A DNA stretch of 64,000 nucleotides from an uncultured Bacteroidales bacterium (GTDB lineage Bacteria; Bacteroidota; Bacteroidia; Bacteroidales; UBA4417), in contig CAVQQF010000003.1 in the NCBI GenBank assembly GCA_963714825.1, forward strand, positions 608,690-672,689, given 5' to 3'. Both the position numbers and the translations under genes were made by a program. Position 1 is the first letter of the stretch, and the number at the start of each line of letters is the position of its first letter. Shown one piece after another: positions 1 to 9,796 of this stretch. Under the pieces are notes generated by a model, which was not told where the DNA came from, ran no database searches, and worked only from the letters and a program-made list of their open reading frames with translations.

Positions 1-62
1 AAATGCCATCGTCGTTGGTGATTAATATAAGTGGTTTTTTCATATTCTGTGTAAACGTTTTT

Positions 63-696
63 CTATAATTGTGTCTCCGGTTCCGGTTCCGGTTCCGATT
101 CTGGTGCAGGTATAATTTTCCGGCCCGGAATACTTGTTACTCCTGCCGATACTATAAATTTCATTACCTCAGCAGAGTTAACATTCAAAGGTTTTACGTT
201 TGCTGAAGGAACAATAAACAGGTTGCCTGAAAAATTATACGAATGAGGTAAATATACAGCTACCTTGCCTGCTTCTATTCCTAATTCGGTAAGATCGTGC
301 TGTGTGATAAATCCCAGTTTCTCTAAATCCGAATCCTTATTAACCTTTACCAGCACCGGCTCTGTAAATTTTTTATCCTTACCTACAAAGGCCGACATAA
401 AATCCTTTATCGAGGTATAAATTATTTTAACCAGGGGCGCCTGGCTTATCAGCTTATCGAGGTAACTGAGTATAGGCTTTATCAGTATCGAACTCCCCAG
501 CAAGCCAATCAAGAGTAATGGAGGATACAATGATGATAAATCCAAGTCCCGGTATCCTGAATCCGATTAAGTCGGTAAGATACTGAATCAGCAAGCCATC
601 AATAAATTCGAGCGAAACTACTATGGCATATATTGTAATCGCCAGAGGCGAGATAAGCAGAAGTCCCTGGAAGAAATAACGGATAAGCCTGTTCAT
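63..696 (-). pseudogene. DUF502-family membrane protein, split into two overlapping frames (63..545 and 454..696)
   Basis: The N-terminal ORF has the DUF502-like start MNRLIRYFFQGLLLISPLAITIYAI. The C-terminal ORF continues the same family in another frame. The overlap at 454-545 implies a single frameshift, which may be real or a sequence error. Confidence 0.5.
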
Positions 697-876
697 ACTA
701 CTGAATTAGGATGCAAAATTAGTCAATATAATGCAATAAATGGAGATAGCCTGAAAGGATACACCGATTAAGGCTTGTTTAGAAAATTGTTCAGTGGTTA
801 GTGAAGGGTTTAGAGTTGGTAATAATGGAGTGTGAGTCCGGCCAGGACTATTCACCCGATTTATCAGCTTCGAAAA

Positions 877-1086
877 TTATAATACTTCAAAACGTCGTTT
901 AACCTTAACATACTTTTTTTCGGGCTTACTGTCATCACTTTTTTCGGGCTTAACATTTTCGTCATCCAGAAAAGTAATGGTTGCGCCTTCCTGTATTTTA
1001 TCCAAAACAGAAGGATTCTCAATGATCTGCTCAGCAAAATCGAGAGCAATTACTATATCCCGTTGTATTTGTTCCCTGTTTGTCAT
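877..1086 (-). CDS. Small hypothetical protein (69 aa), downstream partner of an overlapping two-gene cassette
   Basis: ATG ORF whose start codon overlaps the stop of the upstream ORF by 4 bp (ATGA). It is acidic and lysine-rich, with no recognisable domain. Confidence 0.4.
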   Translation of the reverse strand: MTNREQIQRDIVIALDFAEQIIENPSVLDKIQEGATITFLDDENVKPEKSDDSKPEKKYVKVKRRFEVL

Positions 1087-1403
1087 TTTTTTATTTTTTT
1101 CAGATATTGATCTTTATACCATTCCCATTTATCCTCAATGTCTTGCTTTGCAAATGAGAAAGCATATTTCAGGTCGGGGACCTCAATTATTTTTTTTTCT
1201 TTATCTCCATTTGGGTGTAACAAATCCCGATGGAAAAATCCATGTGAACAGTCGTATCGTACTATCGCAAACCATTTTTCATTAATCATGGCTTCATATT
1301 GTAAAACCATATCAATAAGTTCGCCTTTATCCTTCCTGAAGCGAAGCCTGAGCCTGTCCTTATAATTATTTCCCAGGTAAATGTAAAATTCTTTTTCGTT
1401 CAC
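1083..1403 (-). CDS. Small hypothetical protein (106 aa), upstream partner of the cassette
   Basis: ORF containing the motif RYDCSHGFFHRDLLHPNG. It is translationally coupled to the 69-aa ORF by the ATGA overlap. No family was recognised. Confidence 0.4.
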   Translation of the reverse strand: MNEKEFYIYLGNNYKDRLRLRFRKDKGELIDMVLQYEAMINEKWFAIVRYDCSHGFFHRDLLHPNGDKEKKIIEVPDLKYAFSFAKQDIEDKWEWYKDQYLKKIKK

Positions 1404-1806
1404 TTACCGCAAAATTAATTACAAATATACTGATTTTTTCTGAGGTGTTTTCTGGAGATGTTTACTTTCAAAATGAGGCATAAATAACTCCCGGGAATAT
1501 TATTTATTGCAAGGATGAAATAAGCAGAAGCCTTTGGAAGAAGTACCTTATTATATAGCTCATAATGCCTGATTGAACTGCAAAAATAGGCAATTAATCG
1601 CTGCAAAAGGCAAAGCGTTGCCAGGCTAACATCTGCCTTTGTTCTGAATTGCTTGTTTGCTGCCGGAAAAGTGTGGAAGCTATGCCTTTGATAGAAGTGG
1701 CAAGAATATAGTGAATTCTATTAAATATTGGAAAAAGTGGTATATATTTGTTGCTATAGACTTGTTAGCACACATTTTAAGACAACATACACACAATCAA
1801 ACTTAT

Positions 1807-2157
1807 ATGAAAATCAGAACTGCAATATTTCTAGCTTTTACATCATTTATTTTAATTTCTTGTGATGGACAGACAAATAAGACAAATGATCCAATTGTTT
1901 ATGCAAAATCTGGAGATCCCGAATTAGAAAAAGCTAAACAAGAAGCTTTATCAAATTTGGATTATTTTATTACATCATTTCAAAGTAATTCAAATGACAC
2001 AATTTTGGAGTATTATGTGAAAATGGACTTTATAGACAATGGAGAACATGAACACATGTGGGTTTATGTAAGCAAATATGCGAATGAAGAATTTTATGGC
2101 TTCCTGGCGAATGAACCTGAAATTATAGAAAAATGCAAAAATTGGACAGCCTTTTAA
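1807..2157 (+). CDS. DUF2314-like lipoprotein
   Basis: The internal start MKIRTAIFLAFTSFILISC gives a signal peptide with a lipobox Cys. An EHEHMWVYV motif typical of DUF2314 is present. The track ORF starts earlier, at 1657, without a signal peptide. Confidence 0.5.
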   Translation: MKIRTAIFLAFTSFILISCDGQTNKTNDPIVYAKSGDPELEKAKQEALSNLDYFITSFQSNSNDTILEYYVKMDFIDNGEHEHMWVYVSKYANEEFYGFLANEPEIIEKCKNWTAF

Positions 2158-2440
2158 AGTCGATAAAGACCTAATTGAAGATTGGGTGATTCTAGACATG
2201 AGAACAGGCAAAAAGGAAGGTGACTATTCAACGAAAGTATTATTGAACCAAGAAAAATAAAAACGTGTGCTAACAAACGATATACCAAATGGCGGGTTAA
2301 GGTGAAAACTAGTTAACTTAGTGCCCGCAGGCAGTTTTCTGTCGGTAGACAGAAAAGTGCTCCGCAGTCCGCCACTTGTCATATCGTAACCGTTAACAGC
2401 AATGCTGAACAAAATATAGTTCAATCAAAGAAAAGAAGAA

Positions 2441-2920
2441 ATGAAAAAAATATTTACACTAATAATTACACTCACGATTTGTTTTTTAGCTTCTGCCCAA
2501 AAGCCAAATGAAGAATTGGATATAGAATCTGAAAAAGCAGCCGTCATAAATTTAGTGGAGCAATTTCTAGCTGCTATTGGCGATCACGATATAGAGACTG
2601 TACAGACAATGTTTAGCGAGAAGGCTAACATATATGGAGCTTCATTAAGAGAAGGAAAATGGATTACTAATACATATACAATTCAGGAATTTTTGGAGCG
2701 CTTAAAATCTTATGATAACCCAACAAAATATACAGAACCTGTTTCTGATTTTACCGTACACATCGAAATGGGAATGTTGGCATTTGTAAGAGCTGATGCA
2801 ATTTTTACCATAAATGGTGAGCCAAGAAATAATAATTTAGACTATTTCACTCTTATTAAAGAAGATGGTAATTGGAAAATATTGAATGGTTCTTATGTAT
2901 CCTTACGAATTAAGAATTAG
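2441..2920 (+). CDS. Secreted NTF2-like / DUF4440-like protein
   Basis: Signal peptide MKKIFTLIITLTICFLASAQ. The size (159 aa) and hydrophobic pattern fit the SnoaL/NTF2-like fold. Confidence 0.5.
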   Translation: MKKIFTLIITLTICFLASAQKPNEELDIESEKAAVINLVEQFLAAIGDHDIETVQTMFSEKANIYGASLREGKWITNTYTIQEFLERLKSYDNPTKYTEPVSDFTVHIEMGMLAFVRADAIFTINGEPRNNNLDYFTLIKEDGNWKILNGSYVSLRIKN

Positions 2921-3155
2921 AAAAATTAAAGATAAAATACAAACACAGCTGCCAATACGCAATAAAAAAACCAGGGCGGAAAGTGCCAGATTTGAAAGAC
3001 ATAACATTTAGTAAACGGCTTGGAAGCTTGACAGGTAGATGTCTTAAAATGCCCTGCGTTTCTTATTGCAATCCTTACCAACAAGCAAATAAGCATCAGT
3101 GCAATGTACAGTAAAATAGAAAACTGAACTAAAACAAAAAAAAGAAGGAAATCCT

Positions 3156-3653
3156 ATGCAGAAAAAGTCTTTAGTGGTAATTGACATTCAAAATGACATT
3201 ACCAAAAACTACAAAGAAATCATTGACAATGTGAATCGGGCAATAGATTGGGCAGTGGAAAATGAAATTCATGTCGTTTACATAAGGCATTATAACTTAT
3301 CTGACGGCACAAGGACTTTCAAACCTGGTACTCGTGGGGCTGAATTAGTTTCGGACCTGAAATTGGTCTCCACAAACATTTTCGAAAAATCCAAAGGCAA
3401 CGCATTGACCAGCGATGATTTTGCTGATTTCATCAGGAAAAATGATATAAACGAATTTTATATTACAGGAGCTGACGCCATTGCCTGCATAAAATCAACC
3501 GTATTTAATATGTGCAAGGAAAACTACAAAGTTACTGTGATATCAGATTGTATTACGAGTTATGATAAAAGGAAAATTGACGAAATGCTGAAGTATTACG
3601 AAAAAAATGGTAGTACAATAATTAATTTGAATGACTTGTTAGGTTCTGAATAA
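3156..3653 (+). CDS. Isochorismatase-family cysteine hydrolase
   Basis: LVVIDIQND near the N-terminus and a conserved Cys in the ITGADAIACIKSTVFNMCKE region, as in the isochorismatase family. Confidence 0.7.
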   Translation: MQKKSLVVIDIQNDITKNYKEIIDNVNRAIDWAVENEIHVVYIRHYNLSDGTRTFKPGTRGAELVSDLKLVSTNIFEKSKGNALTSDDFADFIRKNDINEFYITGADAIACIKSTVFNMCKENYKVTVISDCITSYDKRKIDEMLKYYEKNGSTIINLNDLLGSE

Positions 3654-3834
3654 AAATGCCAGCGGCTAATAAATGGTTCAGTTCATGCGGGTTTCAGAGG
3701 TTTTTGAAGCTTCGTGGCTCGTAAAAAAAGTCAGTGTAAACTGATAGATTTTCGCTCCGTAATACCGCACGATACCAAACCATAAACTTATAAATCAGCA
3801 AAATATGCCGATACCAGGTTTCTCTCTCCTGTAA

Positions 3835-6246
3835 TTAATCCTTCCCCGCATTTTTCACATACCTCTCAAGCCATTCGTCCGTTTCCCAAAGCATATGCAG
3901 AATATTTTCTTTGGCTGAATAACCATGGCTTTCGTAAGGAAGTGATACAAACCGCACCGTTCCTCCAAGCCCTTTGATGGCGGCGAATAAGCGTTCGCTT
4001 TGCAAAGGAAAGGTGCCTGAATTATTATCCGAATCGCCATGTATAAGCAGGAGCGGGGCTTTAATTTTATCGGCATGGCTGAAAGGGCTCATATTGTTGT
4101 ACACTTCGGGAGCATCCCAGTAGGTTCGCTCCTCGCCCTGGAATCCGAAAGGTGTTAACGTACGGTTATAGGCGCCGCTACGTGCAATTCCGGCTTTAAA
4201 CAAATTGGTATGTGCCAGCAGGTTAGCCGTCATAAAAGCGCCGTAACTGTGTCCGCCGACTGCAACCCGCGTGCTGTCGCCGACGCCCATTTCGGCCAGG
4301 GTACGAATGGCTGCCCAGGCGTTCATGTGCAACTGTGGGATGAAATTATCATTGGGTTCCTTACCGTTTTCGCCTACTATAGGCATTTCGGCTCTGTCGA
4401 GCACTGCATACCCGCGTGTAACCCACAATACCGGCGATCCGTACGAGGGCCTGGTAAATGTGTTTTTCGAACCTCTCACCTGTGAAGCATCCGACGCTGA
4501 TTTGTATTCGATAGGGTATGCCCATATTAAAACGGGCAAAGGTCCGTCGCGTTTGGCGTCGTAGCCTTTTGGGAGGTACAGATTGCCCGACAGGCTTATT
4601 CCGTCCTCACGCTGGTAGGTGATTTTCTCCCTGCTGATGCCTTCAAGAGCTGAATAAGGACTTGTAAATGAGGTTAATGGCTTGGTAAAGGTTTTTTTCT
4701 TCTCGGTTGAATGAAGGTAATAATTGGTGATTTCTTCCTGGCTTTCGCGTGCGGTTATAAAGGTGAGTTTCACCGGGTCAATCATTTTTACGAGATACTC
4801 GTAATACGGTGCCTGGCATCTCCATAATTGCCGCTTTTGGCCAGTGTTCATATTGAAGGCCTGTATCAAAGGCATATTACCATCGTCGGAAGCACCATCG
4901 GCGCTCAGTATCAGTTCTTTCCCGTTAATGACAACCAAAACCTGCCGTCCGAATTCATTTTTTTGGGTCAGCGGATCGCCTATATCCGAATACGAATCGT
5001 TAGAGCTGCGTGCAAATATGGAATCGACTTTCCCGCTTGACGGGTTGTATCTGTTCATCTGCATCCTTCGGGTAGCGTACGATTCTTCATAAAAAACAGC
5101 GGTGGTATTGTTTCCCCAGCTTACGCCCTGGTAACGCATTTTGGTCCTGAACAATTCAAGAGCGGGCTTTTCGCTGCCGGAACCTATCTTTAAAGCCATC
5201 AGTGCATCGCGCCATTCCGATTTTGATTTACCAAGTCCGCCATCCAATGCTTTTACCCAGGTAACAGTAGCTGCCTCATCGTTACGCCACGAAAAGGATC
5301 GCGGAAAATCAGGTGCGTCGTCAAATCCGATGGGAACACCTTCGGAGGATGGGTTTTGTGCAATTTTTTGTACCAGCTTTCCGCTTAGGTCGGTAACATT
5401 AACCGAATAAGGAAACCCATAGGCTGTAACAGTATACGAAAATGGCCGGTCGATGGTTTGAAGCAGCAGGAAATTATTGTCGGGTGATGAATTAAAACTC
5501 CTGTAAATGGAGGGAACTCCTATCAACACTTCTTCGGTAAAGTTATTGATTACCAATTGAGCTGTTGTGTAAAATTCGAACAAAGCCTCGTCGTAACCCG
5601 ATTTAATCAAATCCTGGTAAGTACGTGCTGCGGCTTTTTTACCAAGACTTTCCTGTATTACCGGCCCTTTAGGCGCGAGTGGTTTCGAAGGTTTTACTGC
5701 ATTGGCCGGGACAATTTTATATAGTAAGCGGTTATCGTCAATCCACGAGAAGGCTCCTCCAAGTACAATGTTAAGAGGTGATTTATTGATTTTTGAGGCT
5801 GTAAAAGATTCAATATCAATACAATATAAGTCAGCCCGGGTGTCGGAGATGTTTACAAAGGCGATTTTTGTCTGCGACGGATTCCATTGAAGACTTGTGG
5901 CACGCATATCTGCAGGAAGACCTTTTATCGGGAATTCCTCTAAGGTATTGAGATTTTTAAGACTCATACCTGCAACTGTTGTCATACGGCTTTGTGCAAA
6001 ATTATCGGGATTGATCCGTAAGCCTGCCACACGCAATTCGGGTTCAGCCAGTTCGGCCACCGAAGGAAAGGTATTACGTTCTATCAGCAACATCCATTTC
6101 CCGGCATCGTCAACGCTTGCCGAAGGAATGGGCTTAGCCATGATCAGGTCATAAATTTCACGTGGTGGTTCTTTGTAGGTAGTTTCGTCCTGGGCATGAA
6201 GTTGCATAACAGTTATTAAAATTAACAGGGTAAAAAATGTTTTCAT
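3835..6246 (-). CDS. S9-family serine peptidase (prolyl oligopeptidase / DPP-like), secreted
   Basis: 803 aa with a signal peptide and a beta-propeller-like N-terminal region. The C-terminal alpha/beta hydrolase carries GGHSYGAF (GxSxG), then Asp/His motifs (IHGDSDNN..., ESHGY). Confidence 0.85.
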   Translation of the reverse strand: MKTFFTLLILITVMQLHAQDETTYKEPPREIYDLIMAKPIPSASVDDAGKWMLLIERNTFPSVAELAEPELRVAGLRINPDNFAQSRMTTVAGMSLKNLNTLEEFPIKGLPADMRATSLQWNPSQTKIAFVNISDTRADLYCIDIESFTASKINKSPLNIVLGGAFSWIDDNRLLYKIVPANAVKPSKPLAPKGPVIQESLGKKAAARTYQDLIKSGYDEALFEFYTTAQLVINNFTEEVLIGVPSIYRSFNSSPDNNFLLLQTIDRPFSYTVTAYGFPYSVNVTDLSGKLVQKIAQNPSSEGVPIGFDDAPDFPRSFSWRNDEAATVTWVKALDGGLGKSKSEWRDALMALKIGSGSEKPALELFRTKMRYQGVSWGNNTTAVFYEESYATRRMQMNRYNPSSGKVDSIFARSSNDSYSDIGDPLTQKNEFGRQVLVVINGKELILSADGASDDGNMPLIQAFNMNTGQKRQLWRCQAPYYEYLVKMIDPVKLTFITARESQEEITNYYLHSTEKKKTFTKPLTSFTSPYSALEGISREKITYQREDGISLSGNLYLPKGYDAKRDGPLPVLIWAYPIEYKSASDASQVRGSKNTFTRPSYGSPVLWVTRGYAVLDRAEMPIVGENGKEPNDNFIPQLHMNAWAAIRTLAEMGVGDSTRVAVGGHSYGAFMTANLLAHTNLFKAGIARSGAYNRTLTPFGFQGEERTYWDAPEVYNNMSPFSHADKIKAPLLLIHGDSDNNSGTFPLQSERLFAAIKGLGGTVRFVSLPYESHGYSAKENILHMLWETDEWLERYVKNAGKD

Positions 6247-6383
6247 TTTAGAGGATTTAGAGCTTAATTATTCTAGGTGTAATGATGCTTGTTGCTGAAT
6301 TTCCTTTTTGGATTACTAAGAGTCTGTCTAAATTTCTTAATTATAGAATTAAATAACATTTGCCGTATTGAAAATTCTACTTT

Positions 6384-6436
6384 TTCTGCCCTTTTTCGGC
6401 TCCCTGCGGGTCGGGGTCAAACGAAAAAGGGCAGAA
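6384..6436 (-). terminator. Long hairpin downstream of maf (15-bp stem ttctgccctttttcg / cgaaaaagggcagaa)
   Basis: Perfect inverted repeat with a 23-nt loop. There is no clear U-tract, so its function as a terminator is uncertain. Confidence 0.25.
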
Positions 6437-6468
6437 GTAAAGTATTATGAAGAAATTTAGACAGTTAC

Positions 6469-7095
6469 TTATAATTTCTCAATTTTCGAATTATCCTCCA
6501 TGCTTTCGGCTATAAATTTAGTGAGTTCTTCATAAAACATCTGAACCGGAAAACCCATTACATTATAATAACAGCCTTCGATACCGCTGATCCCTATGTA
6601 GCCGATCCAATCCTGAATGCCATACGAACCGGCCTTATCGTAAGGTTTATGATGGGTAACATAATATTCGATTTCGTCGGCAGCAAGCTCACGGAAATTC
6701 ACCAGGGTGTGGGCATGAAACACAAGCTTGCGGGTCGACGATTTCAGGCAGATGCCCGAATAGACTGAATGTTGTTTGCCCGAAAGTTGATTTAGCATGG
6801 CAATGGCTTCTTCTTTACCGGAGGGTTTTCCGATATATTTGCCATCGAGCCATACAATGGTGTCGGCAGTTACAAGAATTGAATCCTCTGCCAAAAGACT
6901 GTTGTCAAAGGCATCAGCTTTCAGTTCGCAAAGATAGCGCGCAATATCAGCGCCTTGTAAGTGTGATGGGTAAACTTCGTCAACTTCAATATCCACAAGG
7001 CTGTAGTTTAGCCCCAGGGACTTGAGCAGAGCCTGACGCCTGGGCGATTTTGAGCCTAATAATAAGTTGTAGTGCCTGAGAATTTCCTGGTTCAT
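6469..7095 (-). CDS. maf: Maf-like nucleoside triphosphate pyrophosphatase
   Basis: LLGSKSPRRQALLKSLGL near the N-terminus, conserved Maf residues, and an SGIC-type motif. Confidence 0.8.
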   Translation of the reverse strand: MNQEILRHYNLLLGSKSPRRQALLKSLGLNYSLVDIEVDEVYPSHLQGADIARYLCELKADAFDNSLLAEDSILVTADTIVWLDGKYIGKPSGKEEAIAMLNQLSGKQHSVYSGICLKSSTRKLVFHAHTLVNFRELAADEIEYYVTHHKPYDKAGSYGIQDWIGYIGISGIEGCYYNVMGFPVQMFYEELTKFIAESMEDNSKIEKL

Positions 7096-7191
7096 GGGTT
7101 TAATATGAGAGTTCAGATATTTTAGTTCTTAAGTTGTGGAATAGAGACATTCATTATTTGTTATTGACATGGCGAAATAGCTGTCGACCTC

Positions 7192-8108
7192 CTAAAACTG
7201 TCCTGCTATAAGCGTTGCTATTCCACCCAACATAATCCATTTAAGCAAAGTGCTTAACTGGTGATAATCGGTTTTAACCTGGGCTTTATTCAGCAAAAAC
7301 GCAAAATATACCAGGGGCAATTCAACGCTTATCATTAAGCCAGCTAATTGCAATCCATTTACTGTAGCTTGCCAGGTAAATCTGTGAAATGATTAGCAGT
7401 GCTAAAGTAAGTACAACAAGTATTAAAAGTAGTTTTTTTGTGAAGGGTATGCCCTTTTTAATTGGAACCGATTGACAGCGGATCAGTTTGTCGCCTTCCA
7501 TATCTTCTATGTCTTTCACAATTTCACGCATCAAACTCAGCAGGAATGCAAATATACTAATCGCAGCAATTATAGCGGTTATTCTATGCGATGCCTCCAA
7601 AGGTAAAGGCGAACACGCTGCTTCTATAAGCCATGCCATTACTATGGTGCCTGCTGACAGGCAGGAAACAGCTATATTTCCCCAAAATAAAACTTTTTTT
7701 CAGCTGCATCGCATACCACCATGTAACCGTAAGGGCTAACATGAGTAAAAATGAGGGCACAAAGCTTTTTACAATCAGTGTCAGCCAGATGGAAAGCGCA
7801 AGTGCAACAAAGCTGAATAACAGCGCAGTACTAAGTGCTGAAGCCGGGCTGATTTGTTTCCCGATATACAGTTTTCCGGGCTTGTTGGTGCTGTCGGTAA
7901 CCACATCGAAATAGTCGTTGCTGATATATCCGGCAACGGCTATAATAACAGTAATTAGTATCATAAGAATATAATGCTGCTGAACCATGCATGGTGCCAT
8001 GGCATATGCAGAATATACAGGAATAAATACCAGGTAACGCAGCAGCAGGAAAGTGAGAGCAATAATAAGCAGGTTTGGTATTCGCAGCATAGTAAAAATA
8101 ACCCGCAT
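7192..8108 (-). pseudogene. UbiA-family prenyltransferase, disrupted by at least two frameshifts
   Basis: NDYFDVVTD (NDxxDxxxD) and REIVKDIEDMEGD (second Asp-rich motif) lie in different frames. One shift maps near an A8/T8 homopolymer at 7691-7698. A third frame carries the C-terminus ...IAGQF. Confidence 0.55.
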
Positions 8109-8267
8109 GGCTCTTATTTTGTGTGATTTAATTTGTGCGACTGCAAATAATAGTTCAAAAATACAGGCTGCAAAATGTATTAAAATGTGTTTATAAATTC
8201 CCGAACCCTTCAAACCGGGGTTCGGCTCCGCTCACCCCTCGGGCTAATCAATAACCCCGTACCCCTT

Positions 8268-8438
8268 GAACGCCGAAGGCATTTGAACCCTTGAACGCCG
8301 CAGGCATTAGAACGCCGAAGGCAATTGAACGCCGAAGGCATTTGAACCCTTGAACGCCGCAGGCATTAGAACGCCGAAGGCAATTGAACGCCTCAGGCAT
8401 CTGAATCTTCTAACCCTTCCAACTCTTCCAACCCTTCC
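8268..8438. repeat. Intergenic tandem repeat: two full 59-bp units (8268-8385) plus a partial unit, then CCTTCCAA-like octamers
   Basis: The unit gaacgccgaaggcatttgaacccttgaacgccgcaggcattagaacgccgaaggcaatt repeats exactly at 8268 and 8327. An internal roughly 20-bp sub-repeat GAACGCCGMAGGCAWTWGAAC occurs about 6 times. The tail reads cccttccaactcttccaacccttccaaccctaccaa. Confidence 0.85.
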
Positions 8439-8442
8439 AACC

Positions 8443-8964
8443 CTACCAATGATACGCATCATCGTTCATCCACTTCCCCTGCACTTTCAGCACCTGCTCA
8501 ATAATATCGCGCACACAGCCATGCCCGCCCGACTGATGCGAAATATAAGTTGCGGCCTTTTTAATTTCTTCGGCAGCATCGGCAGGGCAGGTCGGAACTC
8601 CGGCACGCAGCATAATTTCATAATCCGGAATATCGTCACCCATAAAGAGAATATTTTCATCCTTCAGATTATGGGTTTCGAGGTATTCGTTGTACACATC
8701 AATTTTTTTATCAACCCCGAGGAACACATCTTCAACATTCAGGTTTTCGAAACGCCGCCTGACGGATTCGGAGAAGCCACCTGAAATTATAGCAATCCGG
8801 TAATTTTTCTTTACGGCAAGCTGCATGGCATAACCATCCTTAACATTGGCTGTACGCAAAGCATCGCCTGTGCTTGTCAGTACCATGATACCATCAGTCA
8901 GCACCCCGTCGTAGTCAAAAATAAATGTGTTTACCTTTAATAGTTTCTCCTTGTAATTCGACAT
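8443..8964 (-). CDS. kdsC: KDO 8-phosphate phosphatase (HAD family)
   Basis: FIFDYDGVLTDG HAD motif I. The size (173 aa) and the ...FMGDDIPD motif match KdsC. Confidence 0.8.
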   Translation of the reverse strand: MSNYKEKLLKVNTFIFDYDGVLTDGIMVLTSTGDALRTANVKDGYAMQLAVKKNYRIAIISGGFSESVRRRFENLNVEDVFLGVDKKIDVYNEYLETHNLKDENILFMGDDIPDYEIMLRAGVPTCPADAAEEIKKAATYISHQSGGHGCVRDIIEQVLKVQGKWMNDDAYHW

Positions 8965-8981
8965 AAATGATGTAATGTTTT

Positions 8982-9761
8982 CTATTTATATTTTTTTTGT
9001 AACAGATCGGCCAGCAGGCGGTAAAGTTCAGCATAATCGGGCAGCGATGCAAGTGCTTTGATATGCTTTTCGATGGTTGAAGTGTCGTGGCGGCGTGCAG
9101 GACCGGTCTGTAAACTCAAAGGATCGCCTTTAACTGCTTTCGTAGCTGTTTCCAAAATAAGAGGATGTAGCACTTCCTGTGGCAGCTTGGAAGAAGCAAG
9201 CAATTCGTTACCAATAATATACATAAGGTTCGAATAGTTACCTGCGAATACAGCAGCCGCATGCAACAGCAGCCTCTGCCGGCTGTCGGCTTCAAAAACT
9301 TTAACAGTCAGTTTGCCTGAAAGTAGTTTTAATGCCTCCATCACTGCCGGTGATGAAGCTTCGAGAAAGAAAGGCACCACATCCAGGTTAATGGCTACTT
9401 CCTTCGAGAAAGTCTGTAAGGGATATAATACGCCGACATTTTCGAAAGAGCTTTTCAACACATCTAAAGGAACCGCACCGGCAGTATGCACTACAATACC
9501 ATCGTAATGTCCTATTTGCCGGGCAACATTTTCAATTGCATCGTCAGCAACAGCAATAATAATAAGGTCGGAGTCGCTGCATAAATCGCTTAACTCGCTG
9601 CAAACCACTGATCCGCACATACCTGCCAGCGAAAGTGCATTGTCGTAATTACGGCTCCAAACCCCTGAAATGTCGTATCCACGCATCGTTAAGCCTTTGG
9701 CAAGGTGCCATGCAACATTTCCTGATCCGGCTAAGCCGATTTTACGGATGCTTTTTTGCAT
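8982..9761 (-). CDS. Rossmann-like / DUF2520 domain protein (ProC / F420-dependent NADP oxidoreductase-like)
   Basis: N-terminal GLAGSGNVAWHLAKGL dinucleotide-binding motif. The C-terminal half is DUF2520-like. Confidence 0.6.
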   Translation of the reverse strand: MQKSIRKIGLAGSGNVAWHLAKGLTMRGYDISGVWSRNYDNALSLAGMCGSVVCSELSDLCSDSDLIIIAVADDAIENVARQIGHYDGIVVHTAGAVPLDVLKSSFENVGVLYPLQTFSKEVAINLDVVPFFLEASSPAVMEALKLLSGKLTVKVFEADSRQRLLLHAAAVFAGNYSNLMYIIGNELLASSKLPQEVLHPLILETATKAVKGDPLSLQTGPARRHDTSTIEKHIKALASLPDYAELYRLLADLLQKKYK

Positions 9762-9796
9762 TCAGGCGATGGTATTTACTTAAGGTTCGAAATATT

